Shown: in pieces, positions 48,097 through 56,323 of the stretch
Numbering within the stretch: the stretch's first letter is position 1
Layout of the letters: the number at the start of each line of letters is the position of its first letter
Virus record (IMG/VR): IMGVR_UViG_2675903278_000002
Length of the DNA stretch: 64,000 nucleotides
Origin: a virus
Lineage: Duplodnaviria; Heunggongvirae; Uroviricota; Caudoviricetes
Strand: one strand, 5' to 3'
The notes under the pieces: generated by a model
What the model was told of the DNA's origin: nothing
Databases searched by the model: none
What the model saw: the letters and a program-made list of their open reading frames with translations, nothing else
Translations under genes and position numbers: made by a program

Positions 48097-48621
48097 TCAA
48101 AAAGGCAAAATTCGTTCAACCCAATCGAACAAAACAACTATTTTTCTACCGTTCTCGACACGTAGTGTAACCTGACAAGCATCTGCGCCTGCTGACACCC
48201 CCTCAATTTCACGGCCATCCGCCATGTACACCCTTATAGATTTGTTTGCTTTGTAGGCTTGGTTGCAAATTGCAAAAAAATCGCGGCGTGATGGCCGATT
48301 ATCGACATAATCAGGGTGAACTGTTAGTCGACCTTTGAAATCGTGAGCGATACTGTCAACCACACCTGATTCAATTGTACTAATGCGTTCAAGTGGGAGC
48401 CTTATACGATTTTCTTTGTCAAAAGGGGCTGGGCAAAGGTCAACTTTGTTACGAGATGGCATGAGGCCATAAACGTACATGCAAAACGCCTGGCCATCTT
48501 CGAGAGTGACCCTTACAGGAATTTGTTCTCTGCGCCAGAACATCAGTAGTTTTTCAACGTTAGTGTAATCTCGCGGCCAGAGTTCAGCTTGGATACCGTA
48601 GGTAATATCTTTGGTTGTCAT
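48097..48621 (-). CDS. hypothetical protein
   Basis: 174 aa from internal Met chosen to avoid overlap with upstream lipoprotein gene; start uncertain. Confidence 0.4.
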   Translation of the reverse strand: MTTKDITYGIQAELWPRDYTNVEKLLMFWRREQIPVRVTLEDGQAFCMYVYGLMPSRNKVDLCPAPFDKENRIRLPLERISTIESGVVDSIAHDFKGRLTVHPDYVDNRPSRRDFFAICNQAYKANKSIRVYMADGREIEGVSAGADACQVTLRVENGRKIVVLFDWVERILPF

Positions 48622-48625
48622 ATCA

Positions 48626-49048
48626 TCACAGAGTTGTTGGCAGAATGTCGATGTCACCAGAATTGCTGGTAAACACCCTGAACGCTTTTGTGTCTCCATT
48701 CTTCAGAGTCGTTTCTCGCTCTTGACGAGCGGGGTTTAGAGCACATAAACCTGCACCTTCAAGAGATGCACCCACAATTAATTCTCCGGCATTTAAATGG
48801 AAAGTCGCTTTTTCGCCTGTAGCCAGTTTTGCGACAGTTTCGCCGTTGATGAAAATGGAAGCATCACATCCAGCTCCTACAAAACCTGTGTCTCTCATTA
48901 CCACCAACGTAGCTGGCGCTGCGCTTTGATACTTGAACACTTTGGCCTGCGGTGCTGGTTTGGCGTCATGGATTGATATTGGGTGTGATTGGCACGCGGC
49001 AAGCATCAACACTGGTAACGTTAGTAGAGGGAGAAGCGAGTATTTCAT
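48626..49048 (-). CDS. hypothetical lipoprotein
   Basis: signal peptide with lipobox (LMLAAC) from Met at 49048; 140 aa. Confidence 0.5.
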   Translation of the reverse strand: MKYSLLPLLTLPVLMLAACQSHPISIHDAKPAPQAKVFKYQSAAPATLVVMRDTGFVGAGCDASIFINGETVAKLATGEKATFHLNAGELIVGASLEGAGLCALNPARQERETTLKNGDTKAFRVFTSNSGDIDILPTTL

Positions 49049-49116
49049 GATAGTTTTAGAACAGAAAGTGAACAGTATGGGAGACTTCATCTTTGTCTCC
49101 CTAATTGATAGCGTGA

Positions 49117-49395
49117 TTATTTTAATCTGCTTAATAGCGTTTCGAGATCTTCCTTTGTCATATTAGAGTTCTCATAGATACGCATGATTTTCTCACGAGT
49201 CTTAGCGGAAGCCCCGACAGAAGATATAACCTTGTCAAAGTCGGCCATTGTCAATTGTTCCAGAATGGTATTTATGACTTCAGCCTTAGACATTTTGATA
49301 TTTTTTTCTTTTAGTTTCACTTGAAACTTTCCAAGTTTGTCATTGGCCTTATCAGACAATGCTACCTGACAGTAAGTTGTTTTCTTTTCACTCAT
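49117..49395 (-). CDS. hypothetical protein
   Basis: 92-aa ORF directly downstream of the helicase gene on the minus strand. Confidence 0.45.
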   Translation of the reverse strand: MSEKKTTYCQVALSDKANDKLGKFQVKLKEKNIKMSKAEVINTILEQLTMADFDKVISSVGASAKTREKIMRIYENSNMTKEDLETLLSRLK

Positions 49396-49397
49396 AA

Positions 49398-50957
49398 CTA
49401 ATCTCGTTTCAGAACTCCAAAATCGAATGCTCCATCAATAGGCAATACACCTTCTGCAAAGCCAGGTGTGGTGTCGATGATGTGTTTTCGCTCATAAGAG
49501 TGAGACAACAGGTATTTGTTGCTAATGTCAATGAAATCAGTGATAAAACACACGTTTGCCTGATTTTTTTTGGCTCGTAAGCCACGACCGACACGCTGCC
49601 TCATTTCAACTTCTGCTTTTCCACCACCAGCCAGAATGACCGCACCAACGCTTGGCACATCAACACCGACATCCAGAATAGTCGAGCCTATTAAAACATC
49701 TATTTCGCCAGACGCTAAACTGTTCAGCTTTGCTTGCCTTGTCGCCTGGTTCGATTCCCCATAGATGAAGTCAACTTTAAGACCTGACTCCTTCATCATC
49801 TCCATCAGGATTTGCCCGTGGCGTTTAAGACGAACCAGAGTCATGCAATTGAGAGAATGTTGCTTATAGAGCAATGCTTCGCGCACAATGGCCTCGTTAC
49901 GTCCCAAATTATACACGATCCCCAACTGATAAGCCTTTTGGTAGGCTGTGCTCATACCTACTCTAAAATTAAGGTGTTTGTTGGCAAGTTCCGCCTTGAT
50001 TCTGACCTCGTCTGGCTTGTAAGCAACTTTATGATAAAGGAAGTACGGTTTTGCCAGAATGCCTCGATCAATCAGGTACTTTTCTGTGACTTTAATTTCA
50101 ATTCGACCGGCCACAGCCATCAGACGCATGTTGGCTTCTGTAGAATCCTTCATGAACGGCGTGGCCGTAAGCGCCAGACGATAGTCTGCGTTCACACATA
50201 ATCTGGCAATGTCATAGAAATTAGAGCCTGAAGACTCATGCGCTTCTTCCAGAATAAGCAGAGACACACTTGAAAGGAAGCGTTTCACCAACTCCCGACG
50301 TTTGAGGTGGTAGCTTTTCTTATCTGGTGTTGCATCGCGTGGTGGTTCTTCGAGGAAACTTGCAAGAGTTTGAACTGTAGCGACGTTGATATGTCGTGAT
50401 ACCTGGAACTCACCCGAGCCAATGACTCCAACCTTTTGGTCTTTTAACCACGGTTCGCCATTTTCGGCGCGGTAGTCGATGGATCTCTGGAAGTTTTCGG
50501 CCATTTGAAACATCAGAACAGAGCGGGTTGTTAAAAATAATGTCATTCGACCGATACGTGCAGCTGCTTTGCAGGCAACGTTAGATTTCCCGCCACCAGT
50601 AGCGATCTGCGCAATCATCATTCCCTCTCGAACCAGTGTTTCCACAGTCTGATCCTGATACGCATAATCAGGATTGTATGGGAATGGGTTAACCGCCGGA
50701 TTTGGTTTACCAAGCGCCGGGGCTTTGTCTTTGCGGATATGAACACATTTGATGCCCGCCTTGTTCAAGTTCGCCGCTACAGGCTTGGCAAAGCCAGCAG
50801 GGAACGAGTTTTTACTCCAGTTGAACATCGTGCTTGTGCCCTTCCAGTCGCCAGTCTCGACTTCGTAGCTCAACATTTGCTGCACCAGTTGCTTTACCTT
50901 GTCATCTGCGCCAGAAATAAGCGCATTTACTGCGTTAGATACAATCCGAACAGTCAT
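49398..50957 (-). CDS. superfamily 2 DNA helicase (UvsW-like by context)
   Basis: Walker A ATGGGKS, DEAH-type box LILEEAH, helicase C motif QRVGRGLR; 519 aa. Confidence 0.7.
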   Translation of the reverse strand: MTVRIVSNAVNALISGADDKVKQLVQQMLSYEVETGDWKGTSTMFNWSKNSFPAGFAKPVAANLNKAGIKCVHIRKDKAPALGKPNPAVNPFPYNPDYAYQDQTVETLVREGMMIAQIATGGGKSNVACKAAARIGRMTLFLTTRSVLMFQMAENFQRSIDYRAENGEPWLKDQKVGVIGSGEFQVSRHINVATVQTLASFLEEPPRDATPDKKSYHLKRRELVKRFLSSVSLLILEEAHESSGSNFYDIARLCVNADYRLALTATPFMKDSTEANMRLMAVAGRIEIKVTEKYLIDRGILAKPYFLYHKVAYKPDEVRIKAELANKHLNFRVGMSTAYQKAYQLGIVYNLGRNEAIVREALLYKQHSLNCMTLVRLKRHGQILMEMMKESGLKVDFIYGESNQATRQAKLNSLASGEIDVLIGSTILDVGVDVPSVGAVILAGGGKAEVEMRQRVGRGLRAKKNQANVCFITDFIDISNKYLLSHSYERKHIIDTTPGFAEGVLPIDGAFDFGVLKRD

Positions 50958-51039
50958 AAACCTCTTTCCTTAGTGCCTTTTGTATGTTATTTGGCTATTA
51001 TAATAAGTAAGTGATTACTTAGTGGATTGTAGCAATAAA

Positions 51040-51720
51040 ATGGATGTAAAAATCACGATTTTGCAGGTTGATGTTGCCAACCTTCGCCCGAATACCTGGA
51101 ACACCAATTCGGTTGGTGCGCAGAATTTTGAAAAACTGAAAGGTTCTATCGAAAAATTGGGCTTTTTTAAGCCAATTTTGGCTCGTGAACTTGAAGATGG
51201 ATTTTTTGAAATCCTCGGCGGTGAACATCGCTGGCGTGCTGCTATTGAGCAAGGAATTTCAACGGTTCCGGTGCTTTCTGTGGGCAAAATTAGCGATGTC
51301 GTAGCTAAACAGATGTCACTGGTGGACAACGAGCGATACGGTGAAGACGACCAAATCGCATTGCAACGCTTCATTGAAGAAATTCAGTCAGAACTTGACT
51401 ATCAACTGTCTGAAATCGCCCCGTATGACGACGAAATCTCGATGGTTTTAGCAAAAGAGGCGGCAATCGACCTTGAAGCACTGGAGGCGTTGTCTCGTGG
51501 TAGTGATGAGCCTGTCGATACCGACAAACGAGAGAAAACCGAACGTGTGGGTGCGGAACATCAGACCATGCGCTTCAAAGTAACTTTCGATGCGTCAGAT
51601 CGTGTTGCAGAAACCATAAAAAACATCATCAAAGAGCAGGCTATTAACACCGGTAATGAAATGGAGAACGCTGGTGAGGCTCTGGTGTGGCTGGTCGACT
51701 ACTACAAGGAGCGTATGTAA
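51040..51720 (+). CDS. ParB/Srx N-terminal-domain protein 1
   Basis: ParB-box-like ILGGEHRWRAA; acidic C-terminus; ORF track start 51022 overlaps a palindromic motif, ATG 51040 preferred. Confidence 0.65.
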   Translation: MDVKITILQVDVANLRPNTWNTNSVGAQNFEKLKGSIEKLGFFKPILARELEDGFFEILGGEHRWRAAIEQGISTVPVLSVGKISDVVAKQMSLVDNERYGEDDQIALQRFIEEIQSELDYQLSEIAPYDDEISMVLAKEAAIDLEALEALSRGSDEPVDTDKREKTERVGAEHQTMRFKVTFDASDRVAETIKNIIKEQAINTGNEMENAGEALVWLVDYYKERM

Positions 51721-52388
51721 TGACCAAAAAGTTTGAAATCGTATATCGCGACCCGGCAGATCTTATTCCCTATGAGATGAATGCCAAAAAGCATGATGAA
51801 CAGCAGATCAGAGATTTGGCCGCAGCCATTAAAAAGCGCGGATTTGACCAGCCAATTACGGTCGATAAGAACGACGTAATTATTACTGGCCACGGCCGCC
51901 GTGAGGCTGCAATTTTTGCTGGACTTGAGCGCGTACCGGTTATTGTTCGTGATGATCTGAGTGATGACGAGGTTCGTGCGAAGCGCCTTGAAGATAACCG
52001 ACTTGCCAGCATTGATTACGATGCAATTAAGCTACAGAAAGAGCTTGAGTCGCTTGTTCTGGACGATATTGAGGTTTTCGGCTTTGAAGAGCGTGAGTTG
52101 AATGTTCTCGTTGGCAGTATGACAGAAGAAATGGACACCGACTCGCTAGTTATCGATCTTGGCGAAGAAACTAAACGACAGAAGGATGAACACACCGAGA
52201 TCAGTCGTGAAGTTGCAGCGGAAGAAGTACGTGTTGTCGACGTATTGGGCTTTAAAACGCTCCCTGCTGGCTCTGCCATTGTTGTTGGTGATTTGCTTGC
52301 CCATATGGAAGAAATGACGGGAGAAAGCGGGGTAGACGCATTTGTGGCATATGCGGAGAAGATCTCTTCCGGGGAGATGGCTGCATGA
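51720..52388 (+). CDS. ParB/Srx N-terminal-domain protein 2
   Basis: ITGHGRREAA motif; ATG overlaps upstream stop (TAATG). Confidence 0.65.
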   Translation: MTKKFEIVYRDPADLIPYEMNAKKHDEQQIRDLAAAIKKRGFDQPITVDKNDVIITGHGRREAAIFAGLERVPVIVRDDLSDDEVRAKRLEDNRLASIDYDAIKLQKELESLVLDDIEVFGFEERELNVLVGSMTEEMDTDSLVIDLGEETKRQKDEHTEISREVAAEEVRVVDVLGFKTLPAGSAIVVGDLLAHMEEMTGESGVDAFVAYAEKISSGEMAA

Positions 52389-53050
52389 GCAAATACATCA
52401 TCAACGTATCGTTTCAGACACGCGTAAATAAAACCACGCGCACGTTGGAAATCGCTGAGTCGTTCGGGCTTGGCCTGGACGAAAAAGAGTGGACGCTTTA
52501 CGACAATCTGGAGCTGGAAGTGAAGCAGGGCGATGTGGTGTACATCACCGGCCAATCCGGTTCCGGCAAATCCGTTGTGCTGCGCGAGTTGCAACGACAG
52601 ATGAAGGATGAAGGGCTGTCTGTAGCCTCCATCGATGATTTTACCTTCGATAATGAGGTTAACGTCATCGATCAGTTGGGCAAAACGACCAGTGATGCGC
52701 TTGGGTTGTTATCTATGGCTGGTCTGAACGATGCATATCTGTTTGTTCGCAAGCCTTCTGAAATGTCAGACGGCCAGAAATATCGTCTCAAGATTGCCAA
52801 ACTGATTGAGTCAGGCGCTAAAGTATGGGCTGCTGACGAGTTCGGCGCTGTTCTCGACCGTGTAACCGCTCAGGTTGTGGCGTCTAACCTCCAGCGTGCC
52901 GCTCGAAAGGTTGGTGCGACGGTAATGGTGGCGACGACTCACGAAGACCTGAAGAACGCGCTGCGCCCTGATATGCAGATCACCAAGCACTACAAAGAAC
53001 GCGTGAAGGTGGAATATCACAATGGTAGTCATGATGAGGTCCATTCATGA
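52385..53050 (+). CDS. standalone ABC-type ATPase
   Basis: Walker A GQSGSGKS, ABC signature-like LSDGQKYRL, Walker B VWAADEFG, H-loop ATTHE; 221 aa, no transmembrane partner nearby. Confidence 0.55.
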   Translation: MSKYIINVSFQTRVNKTTRTLEIAESFGLGLDEKEWTLYDNLELEVKQGDVVYITGQSGSGKSVVLRELQRQMKDEGLSVASIDDFTFDNEVNVIDQLGKTTSDALGLLSMAGLNDAYLFVRKPSEMSDGQKYRLKIAKLIESGAKVWAADEFGAVLDRVTAQVVASNLQRAARKVGATVMVATTHEDLKNALRPDMQITKHYKERVKVEYHNGSHDEVHS

Positions 53051-53937
53051 CGGACATCATCATTAAACGCTACCGCCCTGAAGAGTTTCCGCGTCATCTG
53101 GACTTTCTGGAGCGAATGACTGTTACAAAGGGAACTGTAGAGGACTGGCACGCTCTTAAGTCGCTTCACTACAAAACAGACGGCAAACCTTTCGCGCCAA
53201 CTTACTATCGCTGCGAACTTGATGACCGTCTGGTGGGCGTCGTGGTTATGGCTTACCCGAAACTACTGTTGGCACCTCGCCACCGCATGTTTCCTAAGTT
53301 GAAACCAACCACTAATACCACCGTGGCTAACCAGTACTGGGGTCGGTACGTGAATAACAACTTTGCGGTGATCAGTCGCTCAGTTGTGGATACTCAGTAT
53401 CGTGGCGTAGGCGTCTCTTATAGAATGATTAACCTGGTTAGCAGGATGCATGACCGGCCAATCATTGAGATCCAGTCCTCGATGAGCAAATACAATCCCT
53501 TCGCCATGAAAGCAGGGTTTAAGTTCATCCGCCCTGAGCGACCGAAGAGCTATGAAAGTGCACTGCGTGTGTTCCAGCGCCATTTCCGCTCCGACCCGGG
53601 TGATAACGAGGCGATCGTCAAAGAGTTGTTCGCTATGAGCGAGTCTCGTCGTCGCCGTGCGCTGCGCGATTTGGTGGCGGACTACCATAAGAACAGTTCC
53701 CTGGCAAAAGCTGGGCGGAATCGTGGCACGACGATTCAGGACATTGCCGACAGTCTGGTGGACGAGGCCAGCATTGTGAAGCTGCTCAAGGACATTCACA
53801 ACCTGAGCTTTACGTCTCCGTTGTATGGTGTGTACCGAAACCCTGACTTTGGCCGTCGACTGCCTGACACGCTGCCACTGCTGGCATTCGACAAACAACC
53901 TTTGGATAAACCGTTAGAAATTGCTTTACCGGCATAA
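53047..53937 (+). CDS. hypothetical protein with GNAT acetyltransferase-like core
   Basis: GNAT motif-A-like QYRGVGVSYRMI; 296 aa. Confidence 0.35.
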   Translation: MTDIIIKRYRPEEFPRHLDFLERMTVTKGTVEDWHALKSLHYKTDGKPFAPTYYRCELDDRLVGVVVMAYPKLLLAPRHRMFPKLKPTTNTTVANQYWGRYVNNNFAVISRSVVDTQYRGVGVSYRMINLVSRMHDRPIIEIQSSMSKYNPFAMKAGFKFIRPERPKSYESALRVFQRHFRSDPGDNEAIVKELFAMSESRRRRALRDLVADYHKNSSLAKAGRNRGTTIQDIADSLVDEASIVKLLKDIHNLSFTSPLYGVYRNPDFGRRLPDTLPLLAFDKQPLDKPLEIALPA

Positions 53938-53946
53938 GGATTTGCC

Positions 53947-54213
53947 ATGACGTTAACCGACAAACAAAAGGACATCATCAAAACGCTCAATCTCGGTTAT
54001 GAGCGAGGTCATCTACTTGACCTGGACGAATTGCTTGAAGTTTTGCCGTACAAGACAACCAAGCAAAGTATCCAGTTCTCAATTCGCGCTCTGATAAAAA
54101 AGGGGCTGGTGGAGAAAGGGCATACGCGCCAACGCAGTGACAATCGCTATCACCGCCGGACTCTTGGGTTAACCACTTTAGGTCGAGCCAAAGCGAAGTT
54201 ACTGGTGATGTAA
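53947..54213 (+). CDS. small putative winged-helix DNA-binding protein
   Basis: 88 aa, basic, helix-turn-helix-like central segment. Confidence 0.35.
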   Translation: MTLTDKQKDIIKTLNLGYERGHLLDLDELLEVLPYKTTKQSIQFSIRALIKKGLVEKGHTRQRSDNRYHRRTLGLTTLGRAKAKLLVM

Positions 54214-54228
54214 TCGGTCTGGGAGCTT

Positions 54229-54300
54229 ATTTAAAGACCTGCATCTGTATATATAAATAATAAGTAACTTATTAAATATATACGGAAGCAGGCTTCGTAA
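54229..54300. promoter_or_regulatory. GC-clamped hairpin element with TATAAATA core (copy of the 24751-24809 element)
   Basis: CTGTATATATAAATAATAAGTAACTTATTAAATATATACGGAAGCAGGC; followed by two motif A copies (54328-54344, 54353-54370) upstream of TerS. Confidence 0.45.
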
Positions 54301-54408
54301 GACATGCCAGACCTAATTAAACACCCCAGAAAACAAGTTGGTTAGCAGATGCAGTAAACAAGTTGTTTTAGAGCGCATGGACGCGCTCTGTGTGTTTTAG
54401 AGGGATCT

Positions 54409-55041
54409 ATGACGGTCGAAAAAGACGAGGTAAAAACTCGCCTGACACCAGCGGAGTGGGCCGAAGCTGAAGCCAAATGGACGTCAGGCGAATATACACT
54501 CTCAAAGCTGGAGGAAGAGTACGGCATTCGTCGTGAAACACTCTCCAGACATTTCAAAAAGCGAGGATTAGAGAAAGGCGCGGACTCTGTTGGGAAGATG
54601 GTTCGTGAGTCTCTTAAATCTGACGCAGAGCTTCGCGCTAAAGCCCGTGCGGAAAAGATAGAAGAACGTCGTACACGTTATGACGGCTGGGCGTATGCGT
54701 TGGGGCAGATGGTGATGGTCGAAGTCACTACGGCCAAACGTGAGGGTAAGCCTTTAGGGGCGATTGAGGATTCTCTCAAGAGCTTACAGAGAGCCAGTAA
54801 TACCCTTGCAAAATGCTTTGAAGTTTCGTCCAAAGCATTGGGCATGGATCATGCGGAAAATGACGAGGAAGAAATTCCGAACCTGGTATTTGGTGAGCTT
54901 ACGCCTTCCCAGGTGGCGAAATTACGTCAGGAAGACGACGAGCCTGAAATCATCGATGACGAATTGCTTGAGACGTTGGAAGAAGAAGCTCTAAGCGAAT
55001 TTGATGCGACAGATGATGGAAGTGAAGGGGAGGACGAATAA
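54409..55041 (+). CDS. terminase small subunit (putative)
   Basis: 210 aa, N-terminal HTH-like region, acidic C-terminal tail, directly upstream of TerL. Confidence 0.55.
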   Translation: MTVEKDEVKTRLTPAEWAEAEAKWTSGEYTLSKLEEEYGIRRETLSRHFKKRGLEKGADSVGKMVRESLKSDAELRAKARAEKIEERRTRYDGWAYALGQMVMVEVTTAKREGKPLGAIEDSLKSLQRASNTLAKCFEVSSKALGMDHAENDEEEIPNLVFGELTPSQVAKLRQEDDEPEIIDDELLETLEEEALSEFDATDDGSEGEDE

Positions 55042-56297
55042 TGGCAATCCCGTCCTCGCTCAGTCTTGTGCAACTGCATTCTGGACAGATGAAAGTCTTC
55101 CAGTCTCCGCATCGATTTAAAGTTGTTTGTGCTGGTCGACGCTGGGGAAAATCCCGGTTGTCGATCTCCACTATTATTCGTGCGGCGGCAAAGGAAAAAA
55201 AGCAAAGAGTCTGGTATGTCGCTCCTACTTACCAGATGGCTCGCCAGATTTTGTGGGACGATCTACAGGAAGTTCTGCCTCGTAAGTGGGTTAGGAAAAA
55301 GAACGACACCACGATGACAATCGTGTTGAAGAACGGTTCGGAGATCGCCCTCAAAGGTGCTGATAAGCCTGACACTCTGCGCGGCGTAGCGTTGCATTTT
55401 GTAGTGCTTGATGAATTTCAGGATATGAAGGCTGACACCTGGTACAAGGTGTTACGACCTACTCTTTCATCGACACGCGGCGGTGCACTGATCATTGGTA
55501 CGCCAAAAGGCTTCTCGGAATTTCACAAACTGTGGACTATAGGCCAGAACGTAGAGCTGCAAACAAAGGGACAGTGGAAGAGCTGGCAGTTTGTAACTGC
55601 CGATTCTCCGTTTGTACCTACGGCGGAAATTGAAGCTGCTAAGAACGATATGGACCCGAAATCGTTCGCTCAGGAGTACCTGGCGAGCTTTGAGAACATG
55701 TCCGGGCGCGTTTACTACCCGTTCGATCGTAACGTGCATGTAAAACCGCTTCAGTTCAACCCTCGGTTGCCTATATGGGTAGGGCAGGACTTCAACATTG
55801 ACCCGATGTCTTCAGTAATTTTGCAACCTCAGCCAAATGGTGAGCTATGGGCAATTGATGAATTGGTGCTCTTTTCCTCTAACACGGCAGAGGTTTGTGA
55901 TGAGCTTGAGAGACGCTTCTGGCGCTGGAAATCACAGATAACGGTATTTCCAGATCCGGCAGGTGCTTATCGCCAACATGCTCGCGGGGAGTCTGACGTC
56001 GACATATTCAAAGAGAAGGGATTCTTACGTGTCGATTATTCGAAAAAGCACCCGCCAATTGCGGATCGTGTTAATGCTGTTAACCGAATGCTGATGACCG
56101 CATCTGGAGATATCCGGCTGTATATCGATCCGAAGTGCAAGCATTTGATTGATTCACTGGAAAAAGTCATCTACAAGCCTGGAACACGAGATATGGATAA
56201 GACAGGTGGCATTGAGCATAGTGCAGACGCATTGGGCTATCCAGTACATCGTAGGTATCCAGTCAAAAACCGTGTTATTCTTGGTGGTTCTCGATAG
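55041..56297 (+). CDS. terminase large subunit
   Basis: Walker A VVCAGRRWGKS, Walker B-like VVLDEFQD, C-terminal nuclease-type region; 418 aa. Confidence 0.8.
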   Translation: MAIPSSLSLVQLHSGQMKVFQSPHRFKVVCAGRRWGKSRLSISTIIRAAAKEKKQRVWYVAPTYQMARQILWDDLQEVLPRKWVRKKNDTTMTIVLKNGSEIALKGADKPDTLRGVALHFVVLDEFQDMKADTWYKVLRPTLSSTRGGALIIGTPKGFSEFHKLWTIGQNVELQTKGQWKSWQFVTADSPFVPTAEIEAAKNDMDPKSFAQEYLASFENMSGRVYYPFDRNVHVKPLQFNPRLPIWVGQDFNIDPMSSVILQPQPNGELWAIDELVLFSSNTAEVCDELERRFWRWKSQITVFPDPAGAYRQHARGESDVDIFKEKGFLRVDYSKKHPPIADRVNAVNRMLMTASGDIRLYIDPKCKHLIDSLEKVIYKPGTRDMDKTGGIEHSADALGYPVHRRYPVKNRVILGGSR

Positions 56298-56323
56298 GTA
56301 AGTAATTATCTAAGGTTATTCAA

